NCBI RefSeq assembly: GCF_024502345.1
Contig: NZ_JALDNN010000001.1
Direction: 5' to 3' (one strand)
DNA: 64,000 nucleotides
Source of the DNA: Escherichia coli
Lineage (GTDB): Bacteria > Pseudomonadota > Gammaproteobacteria > Enterobacterales > Enterobacteriaceae
Shown one piece after another: positions 55,415 to 64,000 of this stretch. The notes beneath the pieces were generated by a model. It was not told the DNA's origin. It was given only the letters and a program-made list of their open reading frames with translations, and made no database searches. Positions within the stretch are counted from its first letter, which is position 1. Each line of letters begins with the position of its first letter. A program made the translations under genes and the position numbers.

Positions 55415-57622
55415 TTAATGGAAAATGACGTCAGGTGCGCTTAACGCCTCACTCAAATCAAACACATCAAGTTCGGCAAAAGTGACGGATTTATTGTCAC
55501 GGTACACTCGAAGAGAACGGAAGCTCATTAGCGCTTTGCTATCAACATTGTAGTGGTTAAAACCGGGTGAAAACTTAAGGACCAGCCGGTACTCGCCCAG
55601 GTCATAGACAAATGCATCCTCATAGCCTGACTCCCAGCCTTTGTATCGCATTCCCATAAGCTGCCCAACGGTAGCGGATTTACCTTCCCAGCGAGTCAGG
55701 CTGTTACTGGTTGACTCGTCAGGTGTGAGCAGCACCGTGCACCGCGCCAACTGGCGAAAAGGCGGCATAATTTCGTAATCGGCAAAAAGCTGTGCAAATT
55801 CACTGCGCATTTCTACTGTCATTTCTAACGGGTGGGCAATGCCAATCAGAGCGTCCGCAGGCAGGTCAATTGGCTCATCTTGCGCATTGCAGAACTCCCC
55901 CTCTGCGGCCACACGAAAGGCGTTGAGTAAACAACGCGGTTCATTTGCCGGATAAGCCCCCCATATTAATCGCTGGGTAACCAGACGGGTAAAGGGATGA
56001 TTAACAAACAGAGAATGAAAATCTGCCAGCGACCAGCGTCGGGTGGTACGTAGGGCCGTTTCAAGACGCGGGAGCAGGTTTTTGCTCACCTGAGTGGCAT
56101 CTTTTTTTAGCCCTTTTAGTCGGGCCAGTGCCTCGGGCGCTTTCAGTTGATCGTCATCGGCGCGCAACCGGGGAACGCTTTTCTGGCGAACGTTTTGCTG
56201 ATCAAAGATAACCGGGTTGAGGTTTTCATCGAAGCGAACGGTAAACTGCCGGGGACCAAAATCAAAACTCAACGCCTGCGGATCATCAAGGCCCAGGGTT
56301 GGGACTAATCTGTCCGCTAGCTCTTCCTGGCTTAGCCCGCGATTTTCTGCGACCACCTGAAGAAATTCCGCCGCGTTATCACGTAAGGGGCGGGATTTCG
56401 CCCGTTGCGATATATGATGCAGCTGTATCAGCGCCATATCATTATTCATCAGGGTAAGGATGTTCAGGCCACTGACAGCACGGGCAGATTTGCCTTCTTG
56501 TGGCCAGCCGAGGATCTGTGTCGTTAGATCCCGTGCCGTGCTTTCGTCACCAAAGAGACTTAACGCCAGAAATGCCCAGTTGTCTTTTACGGGGGCACCA
56601 GCTTGTTGCCACGCAGTGAAGAGATCCCAGGCAAAAGCTGCCAGCGTTTGTGGCTGGCAGAACGTTTTCAGTTGTTCCAGCCCGCTATAAAAACGTCCCC
56701 CCTGGGTAAAGCGCAGCATTTCGCCGATAATTTCCAGAGCGTCATCGGTAACAGGTTGATTATTAGTGATAAGGCGCGGCCTGGACCACATTTGCGGATG
56801 CCAGAAATCAGGGGCTTTTGGAATGCGTGCCGGGTAAATCTCTATTGGACTCTGTTTAAGTAATTGTTCCAGGGCAGGCCATAGATCTGTACGCTGCCAA
56901 CGATTGGCTACAGTTTGTAGCAATTCGCCATGCCCATGTTCGTAAAGTAAACGCAGGGCAAGTAATGCAGCTTCGCTTTTATCGCTAGATTTGGTGAAGA
57001 CAAGAGGGATAAGTGCAGTAGCCGTATGTTCCGGCCATTGTAAAATCCACTGGCGAGCCAGATTACGCTGGCCCGCAAAACGCTGCCAGCAGCTTTCCTC
57101 TGCCAGAGAGAGATGCTTACGCAGTCGGAGATCGAATTCGTTATAGGTTTCTGAGCGATAACCATAGCCATAATCCTCGTCCTGATACTGCAATGTCACT
57201 ACCAGAGGATCACTCTCATAACACCGCGCAATAAACTGGCGTGCAATCACCACCTCAGTCGCATATTCCAGCCCCTCTTGTTGGACGATTTCGTCGAGCA
57301 ACTGTTGGCTGTCATTTTGCGCGATACAGGCTAGCGCCGCCATTGTCCGGGGCGGGATTGAGGGTTTGTGTTCGCCGATCAAGTTGATGGCCTGCGTGAT
57401 GGCGGACTGCCACTCCAGTGAAAAATTTTCATAACGCCAGACAATGTTTTTTTTCTTCTCAGCTTTTTGTAGCAATTCATCACCCAGTGTCTGAATGATG
57501 CTTTCAGTGATAACAGGCACTGGTTCGCCCGGCCAATTGCGATGGCTGAGTGGTGTTTTACCATTTTTATATTTCAGTTCCAGTTGGGCGTTATCAGCCA
57601 GCCACGGTAATTCCTTGTCCAT
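55415..57622 (-). CDS. yehI: DUF4132-family protein, 735 aa; shorter paralog of the adjacent 1264-aa gene
   Basis: ORF track; ATG with AAGGAAAG SD 9 nt after the upstream stop; aligns to the longer paralog from about residue 105 and skips its central ~420 residues. Confidence 0.7.
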   Translation of the reverse strand: MDKELPWLADNAQLELKYKNGKTPLSHRNWPGEPVPVITESIIQTLGDELLQKAEKKKNIVWRYENFSLEWQSAITQAINLIGEHKPSIPPRTMAALACIAQNDSQQLLDEIVQQEGLEYATEVVIARQFIARCYESDPLVVTLQYQDEDYGYGYRSETYNEFDLRLRKHLSLAEESCWQRFAGQRNLARQWILQWPEHTATALIPLVFTKSSDKSEAALLALRLLYEHGHGELLQTVANRWQRTDLWPALEQLLKQSPIEIYPARIPKAPDFWHPQMWSRPRLITNNQPVTDDALEIIGEMLRFTQGGRFYSGLEQLKTFCQPQTLAAFAWDLFTAWQQAGAPVKDNWAFLALSLFGDESTARDLTTQILGWPQEGKSARAVSGLNILTLMNNDMALIQLHHISQRAKSRPLRDNAAEFLQVVAENRGLSQEELADRLVPTLGLDDPQALSFDFGPRQFTVRFDENLNPVIFDQQNVRQKSVPRLRADDDQLKAPEALARLKGLKKDATQVSKNLLPRLETALRTTRRWSLADFHSLFVNHPFTRLVTQRLIWGAYPANEPRCLLNAFRVAAEGEFCNAQDEPIDLPADALIGIAHPLEMTVEMRSEFAQLFADYEIMPPFRQLARCTVLLTPDESTSNSLTRWEGKSATVGQLMGMRYKGWESGYEDAFVYDLGEYRLVLKFSPGFNHYNVDSKALMSFRSLRVYRDNKSVTFAELDVFDLSEALSAPDVIFH

Positions 57623-57631
57623 GCTCTTTCC

Positions 57632-60600
57632 TTATTCAAACAGGGCTTCAATATCGTTAATTAGCTCGCTGGCGGTGATGGCATCGAGTACGGAGAGCTG
57701 CGCTTCCTGTGTTGAATTACTCCCCCAGCCATAGCTTTCCGCTTTGCCTTCCCATAGCCACAGCTTGCTTAAGAGCTGCTCAGCGCTAAGTTCGGCTGGT
57801 GACATACCCACTGCAAAGCCTTCATCGATTTCCATGATTAACGACCAGCGGCCCAGAGGTTTGATCATCCAGCCGATCCAGCCTCCATCCTGTGGTTCGC
57901 CCTTTATCCAGCCTTTATTCGCCAGCCCCATTACCCGACCGCTCGGGCATTTTCTGCTTGCCCAGCGGGTCAGTTCGCTGGCATTGCGCTCGGTTTCTGT
58001 CAGGGCGTAACTGTTACGGTCGAGCTGGCGGAACGGCGGTAGCAGTTCGTAGTCGGCAAAAAGCTGCCCAAATGCGGCGGCATCCGTCGGTGATATTTCC
58101 AGAACGTGAGGAATACCAACAGAGATATCGCCTTCCGGCAGGGTGAAAAGATCATCGTCAGCGGTGCTGTAGCTGTTATCTTCCGCTACGCGAAAGCAAG
58201 CCAGTAGCTGGTTTTCGGCGCTATAAACACCCCAAATCAGACGGCGGGTTAAGTGGCGAACCAACGGATGCTCAACCAGGAAGAGCTGGAAGTTTTCCGG
58301 CGACCAGCGGCGGCGCAGGCACATGGCGGATTCCAGCCTTGCTACCTGCTGGGCGGCGACGGTACGCGCATCTTTTTTCAGCAATTTGTAGCGGTTAACC
58401 GCATCGTTCGCCTGTGATTCATCATCGCTTTTATTGGGTTTAGGTAAGTCTTTCAGGCGGCTGCCGGAAACATCACGCACAAACGGTTTTAAGGTTTCAT
58501 CAAAGCTGACGGTGAACTGGCGTGGGCCAAAATCCAGCAGCAACGAACCGTTATCATCCAGACCGAGATCCGGTGCTAACCGATCTTCAAGCTCCGCCAC
58601 TGTCAGTTCGCGACTTTCGGCAATGTCGGCAATTTTCTCTTTCGCCCGCTCCTGTAATGCTTTGAATTTCAGTTTCTGGGCAATGCCGTTAAGCTGCATC
58701 AGGGCGATATCACTACCGATAGCGGCGAGAATATCCAACCCAACGGTGGCGCGTTTATGCTGAGATTCGCCAGGCCAGGCGCGGATTAATGGCGTCAGTT
58801 TGCGGGCGGTGTCATCGTTGCCGAGAACACCTAACGCAATGAACGCCCAGCTTTCTTTCGATGGCGCGCCCGCAGTCAGCCAGGCGGTAAACAGATCCCA
58901 GGCAAATTCAGCCAGTGAGTCGGCGGTACAGGCATCTTTCACCTGCAATAATCCCGGATACAGAGCCTCTTCCTGAGGGAAGCGGAGCATTTCACCGAGG
59001 TGCTGGAGTGCGCTATCGGGCAGTGATTGGGCGTTTGCTTTTAATACCGGGCGCGTCCAGAGCGATGGCTGATAAAAGGCCGGAAGAGTGGGGATTTTTG
59101 TCGGGTGATTATCTAAGGGATCGAGCGCAAGCAGAGCGTTCACCGCGTCTGTTACTTCCGGCTGGTTATAACGCCGGGCGATTTCTTGCAGTAATGGCTG
59201 ATGACCATTTTCGGTAAGCATACGCAAGGCAGCGCGGGCGTTATCCTGTGCTTCACCGGCTTTGCCGAGCGCCGCAGGCAGCAGGCCGGTAAGGGCATGT
59301 TCCGGGTATTTCAGCAGCCAGGTGCGGGCGTCTTGTCGTAGGGTTTTGAGTTTGTTGAAGGCGCGGGCGACGGCAGGAGCTAGCTCACTCGCTGCGAAGT
59401 AATTCGTGATGGGCAAGGCTTCCTGCGGATAGCGTGTAATTGAGTTAACTAAACCAGGTAAACCTTTGAGTCCAAAATGTAACATGGCGTATTCGGTATC
59501 GGTATGTGGAGATAGAGTAAGGGCATTCCATGCTTTTACTGCTTTCTCCAGCGGCAATGTTGTCAAAATCCCCAAATGCCAATAATGCCCGGTAGGTGAA
59601 TGAAACACCTTAAATTCACTTATTAAGGTTGAATAATCTTCATTTAGCCATGCCTCAACTACCGCTTCGGGAGCTTTAATATATGTACCAGCGATCCGTC
59701 GTTGAAAACCCATCCTTGCCAACAGGTTGGTAGTACTTTCTTCATGGCTAACCGTGATGTGTTGTGAATACCAGATATATTTCGCCAAAAGTTGATTACT
59801 GATTTCTTCTGTCATATAACAGATTGGCTCAATGCCTAATGGCGCTAAATCCAGCACCGGAATCGGCGATTTTTTCTTTTTCGAAAGCCATGGTGGGGAG
59901 ACTACTATGGCAGGCAGTAGATCGGCGCAGGCATGGTTTGAGGGCTGTGTCAGTTGTTGCTGGCATGATTTCAGTACGGCAACTGCGGGTGTCGAGAGCC
60001 AGGGAAGGACCTGTTCTGCCAGTGCTGGTTGTGAGATAAGCATTGTCATTAGCATAATGCGCCAACTGTTCTCTTCTTTTTGCCCAAGAAGTTCCGTCAG
60101 TGCCGCCATTGCTGCATGTGGGAACGCAGCAATGGCTTTCGTCATCCGATCGTGACAGCGTTTAGTTTGCCCGGCTACACGTATAAGCAGTGTCAATGCG
60201 ACCGGATGATTGATATGACGCAACACATCGGCGCAGTAGTCACTTGCGGCATAGGGAGCAAATCGGGGCAGGGCTGCAACACCTTGCTCCTGTAATACGG
60301 TGGCTGACCATATCGCACCACAATAGTAATCATCAAAAATGGCATATGGCTCGTGATATTTTTCTAATGAGGCAAGAATGTGCTCATCAGTCGCCACTAT
60401 TTTTAACCACTCAAGCGAGGGTAATTTTTTTTGCCCCAGTAGACGCTGGGCAATTTCATGTGCAATTTCTGGTTTTTCGGGTAATAACAAAGCAATTAAT
60501 GGTTGCCGCCATTCTGGAATATGTGGAATTGCGGCAATAAGTTTTTGTGCACATTTTTGCCAGAGAGACTCTTCCGCCAGTGATAAATGTTTACGTAGGC

Positions 60601-61426
60601 GTAATTCAAATCTGGAATATTGCTCCAAGTAGTTAGGTGCAATGCCAGACGGCAGAATAATAATGACATTATTCGCATAATCCCATTCAATATCAATCTG
60701 TTGAAGGTGTATTATTACATCAGTAGCATATGCCAGACCGCCTTCCTGGACGATCTGATCCATAACATCCTCACGCACTTTATATCTTGTGCATTTCATT
60801 TCAAGTGCCGTGAGTACAGCCATTACTGGTGATGGTAACTGTGTTGTTTTCAGGCCGTCGATCTGACTGATCGCCTGGGCGACGGTGTTTTGCCATTCTA
60901 AAGAACAGGCGCTGAAGTCAAATGTGGCTGTTTTATTATCCCGTTGCGACACACTACAGGCTAAGCGACGTAAGTGGGTCAATTTGTCTGCTTGCTGAAC
61001 AGGAACTTCGGGAAAGCGGCGATGGCTTAACGTGGTGTGTACAACTTCGGGCGGAAAAACGACAGCAATATCTTTCGCCAGCCACGGTAAAACAGCATCT
61101 GTATTTTTGTCAGCCGCACGGGTTTCTGCTACGAAAGAGGGTTGTTCCTGAATAATGGTGGATAAGTCCGCTACCTTGAGAGAGCCCGTTACCGTTTGGG
61201 AAGGTTGCAAAGAATTATCCTTCGCTTGCTCCATATATCCCTTCTTCACCTTCTCCGCAATCAGCTTCAGTTCCGCTTTTGCCGCCGCTGCAGCATCTGC
61301 AAAGCTTTTTACCTGACTTTGCCCGTTAGTGCCGACTTTACCCCAGTTGATATGCAGCTCGTTGTCTTGCTGCTCCACCGCCCAGAATTTATGTGATTTT
61401 TCGTCCTGATAGATATAACTCTTCAT
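57632..61426 (-). CDS. molR: WGR-domain plus DUF4132 protein, 1264 aa, intact reading frame
   Basis: ORF track; N-terminal WGR-like motif (KFWAVEQQDNELHINWGKVGTNGQ); position between metG and yehI. Confidence 0.75.
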   Translation of the reverse strand: MKSYIYQDEKSHKFWAVEQQDNELHINWGKVGTNGQSQVKSFADAAAAAKAELKLIAEKVKKGYMEQAKDNSLQPSQTVTGSLKVADLSTIIQEQPSFVAETRAADKNTDAVLPWLAKDIAVVFPPEVVHTTLSHRRFPEVPVQQADKLTHLRRLACSVSQRDNKTATFDFSACSLEWQNTVAQAISQIDGLKTTQLPSPVMAVLTALEMKCTRYKVREDVMDQIVQEGGLAYATDVIIHLQQIDIEWDYANNVIIILPSGIAPNYLEQYSRFELRLRKHLSLAEESLWQKCAQKLIAAIPHIPEWRQPLIALLLPEKPEIAHEIAQRLLGQKKLPSLEWLKIVATDEHILASLEKYHEPYAIFDDYYCGAIWSATVLQEQGVAALPRFAPYAASDYCADVLRHINHPVALTLLIRVAGQTKRCHDRMTKAIAAFPHAAMAALTELLGQKEENSWRIMLMTMLISQPALAEQVLPWLSTPAVAVLKSCQQQLTQPSNHACADLLPAIVVSPPWLSKKKKSPIPVLDLAPLGIEPICYMTEEISNQLLAKYIWYSQHITVSHEESTTNLLARMGFQRRIAGTYIKAPEAVVEAWLNEDYSTLISEFKVFHSPTGHYWHLGILTTLPLEKAVKAWNALTLSPHTDTEYAMLHFGLKGLPGLVNSITRYPQEALPITNYFAASELAPAVARAFNKLKTLRQDARTWLLKYPEHALTGLLPAALGKAGEAQDNARAALRMLTENGHQPLLQEIARRYNQPEVTDAVNALLALDPLDNHPTKIPTLPAFYQPSLWTRPVLKANAQSLPDSALQHLGEMLRFPQEEALYPGLLQVKDACTADSLAEFAWDLFTAWLTAGAPSKESWAFIALGVLGNDDTARKLTPLIRAWPGESQHKRATVGLDILAAIGSDIALMQLNGIAQKLKFKALQERAKEKIADIAESRELTVAELEDRLAPDLGLDDNGSLLLDFGPRQFTVSFDETLKPFVRDVSGSRLKDLPKPNKSDDESQANDAVNRYKLLKKDARTVAAQQVARLESAMCLRRRWSPENFQLFLVEHPLVRHLTRRLIWGVYSAENQLLACFRVAEDNSYSTADDDLFTLPEGDISVGIPHVLEISPTDAAAFGQLFADYELLPPFRQLDRNSYALTETERNASELTRWASRKCPSGRVMGLANKGWIKGEPQDGGWIGWMIKPLGRWSLIMEIDEGFAVGMSPAELSAEQLLSKLWLWEGKAESYGWGSNSTQEAQLSVLDAITASELINDIEALFE

Positions 61427-61525
61427 CCGCGTTTCCTGTATTTATATCCAGTTATAAGCGGATGCTAGCAGTTAATGAAAAAAATTAAGAGCGTTGAACA
61501 AACAAGAAAACAACTTTAGGAATTT

Positions 61526-61557
61526 ATAAAGAAAAGGCGCTGTCGATGCAGCGCCTT
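61526..61557 (-). terminator. Rho-independent terminator of metG (minus strand)
   Basis: Minus-strand AAGGCGCTG-CATCGA-CAGCGCCTT then TTCTTTAT. Confidence 0.8.
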
Positions 61558-61566
61558 GAAGGGGGA

Positions 61567-63600
61567 TTATTTCACCTGATGACCCGGTTTAGCACCAGCA
61601 TCCGGGCTTAGCAGGAAAATATCTTTCCCGCCAGGACCGGCAGCCATCACCATGCCTTCGGAGATACCGAAGCGCATTTTACGTGGTGCCAGGTTAGCCA
61701 CCATAATGGTGTGACGACCAATCAGTGCCTGCGGATCCGGGTAAGCAGAACGAATGCCGGAGAAGACATTACGCTTTTCGCCGCCGAGATCCAGCGTCAG
61801 GCGTAGCAGTTTGTCAGAACCTTCAACAAACTCTGCGTTTTCAATCAGCGCCACGCGCAGGTCAACTTTGGCGAAGTCGTCAAAGGTGATGGTTTCCTGA
61901 ATCGGATCATCTGCCAGCGGGCCAGTTACCGGCGCGGCAGCTGCTTTCACTTCTTCTTTAGACGCTTCCACCAGTGCTTCAACCTGCTTCATATCTATGC
62001 GGTTATACAGCGCCTTGAACGGATTCACTTTATGGCCCAGCAGCGGTTGCTGGATACCATCCCAGGTCAGTTCCGTATTAAGGAATGCTTCTGCGCGCTC
62101 GGTCAGTTTCGGCAGTACCGGCTTCAGGTAAGTCATCAGCACGCGGAACAGGTTTATGCCCATTGAGCAAATTGCCTGCAGGTCGGCATCGCGGCCTTCC
62201 TGTTTCGCTACCACCCACGGAGCCTGTTCATCGACATAGCGGTTAGCCAGATCAGCCAGCGCCATGATTTCGCGCACTGCTTTACCAAATTCGCGGCTTT
62301 CCCACGCTTCACCAATCACTTCAGCGGCATCAGTGAAGGTTCTGTACAACTGCGGGTCAGCCAGTTCGCTTGCCAGCACGCCGTCAAAACGCTTGTTGAT
62401 AAAGCCCGCGTTGCGGGAGGCCAGGTTAACCACTTTGTTCACGATATCGGCATTCACGCGCTGAACGAAATCTTCCAGGTTGAGATCGATATCATCAATG
62501 CGCGAAGAGAGTTTCGCAGTGTAGTAGTAACGCAGGCTGTCGGCGTCAAAATGATTCAGCCAGGTGCTGGCTTTAATAAAGGTACCGCGAGACTTAGACA
62601 TCTTCGCGCCGTTCACCGTCACATAGCCATGAACAAACAGGTTGGTCGGCTTGCGGAAGTTGCTGCCTTCCAGCATTGCTGGCCAGAACAGACTGTGGAA
62701 GTAAACAATATCTTTACCGATGAAGTGGTACAGCTCGGCGGTGGAGTCTTTCTTCCAGTATTCATCGAAGCTTACGCTGTCGCCGCGCTTGTCGCACAGA
62801 TTCTTGAAAGAACCCATATAGCCAATCGGCGCATCTAGCCAGACGTAGAAATATTTACCCGGCGCGTTCGGAATTTCAAAACCGAAGTACGGCGCGTCGC
62901 GGGAGATATCCCACTGTTGCAGGCCAGATTCAAACCACTCCTGCATTTTATTTGCCACCTGCTCCTGCAACGCACCGCTGCGGGTCCATGCCTGCAACAT
63001 TTCGCTGAAAGAGGGCAGATCAAAGAAGAAGTGTTCAGAATCACGCATTACCGGCGTAGCGCCAGAAACCACCGATTTCGGCTCGATCAATTCAGTCGGG
63101 CTGTAGGTCGCGCCGCAGACTTCGCAGTTATCGCCGTATTGATCCGGGGATTTACATTTCGGGCAGGTGCCTTTTACAAAACGGTCCGGCAGGAACATGC
63201 CTTTTTCCGGATCGTACAGCTGAGAGATGGTGCGGTTTTTAATAAAACCGTTTTCTTTCAGGCGAGAGTAGATAAGTTCTGACAACTGGCGGTTCTCTTC
63301 GCTGTGCGTCGAGTGATAGTTGTCATAGCTGATGTTAAAGCCTGCGAAATCAGTCTGATGCTCCTGACTCATTTCGCCAATCATCTGCTCCGGGGTGATA
63401 CCAAGCTGCTGAGCTTTCAGCATGATCGGTGTACCGTGGGCATCGTCGGCGCAGATGAAGTTGACCTCGTGGCCGCGCATTCGCTGGTAACGGACCCAGA
63501 CATCAGCCTGGATGTGCTCCAGCATATGGCCGAGGTGGATTGAGCCGTTAGCGTACGGCAGTGCGCACGTCACCAGAATTTTCTTCGCGACTTGAGTCAT
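61567..63600 (-). CDS. metG: Methionyl-tRNA synthetase (677 aa from MTQVAKK start)
   Basis: ORF track (extension to 63609); class I HIGH (HLGH) and KMSKS motifs, zinc knuckles CPKC...CEVC. Confidence 0.97.
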   Translation of the reverse strand: MTQVAKKILVTCALPYANGSIHLGHMLEHIQADVWVRYQRMRGHEVNFICADDAHGTPIMLKAQQLGITPEQMIGEMSQEHQTDFAGFNISYDNYHSTHSEENRQLSELIYSRLKENGFIKNRTISQLYDPEKGMFLPDRFVKGTCPKCKSPDQYGDNCEVCGATYSPTELIEPKSVVSGATPVMRDSEHFFFDLPSFSEMLQAWTRSGALQEQVANKMQEWFESGLQQWDISRDAPYFGFEIPNAPGKYFYVWLDAPIGYMGSFKNLCDKRGDSVSFDEYWKKDSTAELYHFIGKDIVYFHSLFWPAMLEGSNFRKPTNLFVHGYVTVNGAKMSKSRGTFIKASTWLNHFDADSLRYYYTAKLSSRIDDIDLNLEDFVQRVNADIVNKVVNLASRNAGFINKRFDGVLASELADPQLYRTFTDAAEVIGEAWESREFGKAVREIMALADLANRYVDEQAPWVVAKQEGRDADLQAICSMGINLFRVLMTYLKPVLPKLTERAEAFLNTELTWDGIQQPLLGHKVNPFKALYNRIDMKQVEALVEASKEEVKAAAAPVTGPLADDPIQETITFDDFAKVDLRVALIENAEFVEGSDKLLRLTLDLGGEKRNVFSGIRSAYPDPQALIGRHTIMVANLAPRKMRFGISEGMVMAAGPGGKDIFLLSPDAGAKPGHQVK

Positions 63601-63730
63601 AGTAGGCATTACTTCTTAATAGTGAAAAGGGGTTAGATAGTACCAAATGGGAAAATGTTAAGTAAGTACTTCTCTATATTCTTCAGGTAAACTATCAGCT
63701 GATGGTTTATCTATACAAAAAAGGAGTCGG

Positions 63731-64000
63731 GATGAACGAACAATCCCAGGCCAAATCACCAGAAGCCTTGCGCGCAATGGTCGCCGGGACACTGGCCAAT
63801 TTTCAGCACCCAACCCTGAAGCATAACCTCACCACGCTGAAAGCGTTGCACCATGTCGCCTGGATGGACGACACGTTGCATGTGGAACTGGTTATGCCAT
63901 TCGTCTGGCATAGCGCGTTTGAAGAGTTAAAAGAGCAATGTAGCGCCGAACTGCTGCGTATCACCGGGGCGAAAGCTATCGACTGGAAACTGTCGCACAA
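63731..64000 (+). CDS. mrp: 5' part (first 90 codons) of the Mrp/ApbC iron-sulfur cluster carrier ATPase gene; runs off the window
   Basis: ATG with AAGGAG SD; open frame to window end; N-terminus MNEQSQAKSPEALRAMVAG; divergent from metG. Confidence 0.8.

Noticed and set aside
55415-61426. Single giant ~2000-aa gene formed by the two same-frame WGR/DUF4132 ORFs
   Set aside because: A TAA separates them, the downstream ORF has its own SD and ATG, and the two proteins align to each other as paralogs rather than as halves of one protein.

Overview
This window is an Escherichia coli-type chromosomal segment, collinear (in reverse orientation) with the K-12 psuG-to-metG region as I remember it. 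It carries about 60 recognisable genes: psuT, yeiL, rihB, nupX, yeiI, nfo, yeiH, yeiE, lysP, cirA, yeiG, folE, yeiB, galS, mglBAC, preA/preT, yeiS, sanA, cdd, yohK/yohJ, dusC, yohP, mdtQ, yohF, yohD, yohC, pbpG, dld, bglX, osmF-yehYXW, yohO, mlrA, btsS/btsR, yehS, yehR, yehQ/P/M/L, yehK, a yehI/molR paralog pair, metG and the 5' end of mrp. The most interesting feature lies between yehL and yehK: two tandem ~610-bp modules, each with a 29-codon hydrophobic peptide gene behind a ~174-nt leader and a divergent ~80-nt small RNA with an intrinsic terminator and a short stretch complementary to that leader. This is the architecture of a type I toxin-antitoxin pair and matches, from memory, the zorO/orzO family. 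Other accessory content is one complete IS1 with a 9-bp target duplication about 75 bp upstream of mdtQ, REP/BIME clusters, and one full plus one truncated ERIC element. yehM carries an in-frame TAA and is probably a pseudogene. The yehL-M-P-Q plus yehI/molR block (MoxR-type AAA+ ATPase, vWA, SWIM, WGR/DUF4132) looks like an uncharacterised multi-component system. Gene starts were adjusted from the ORF track where it evidently used GTG/TTG extensions; hand-mapped small features may be off by 1-2 nt. No similarity searches or folding calculations were run.
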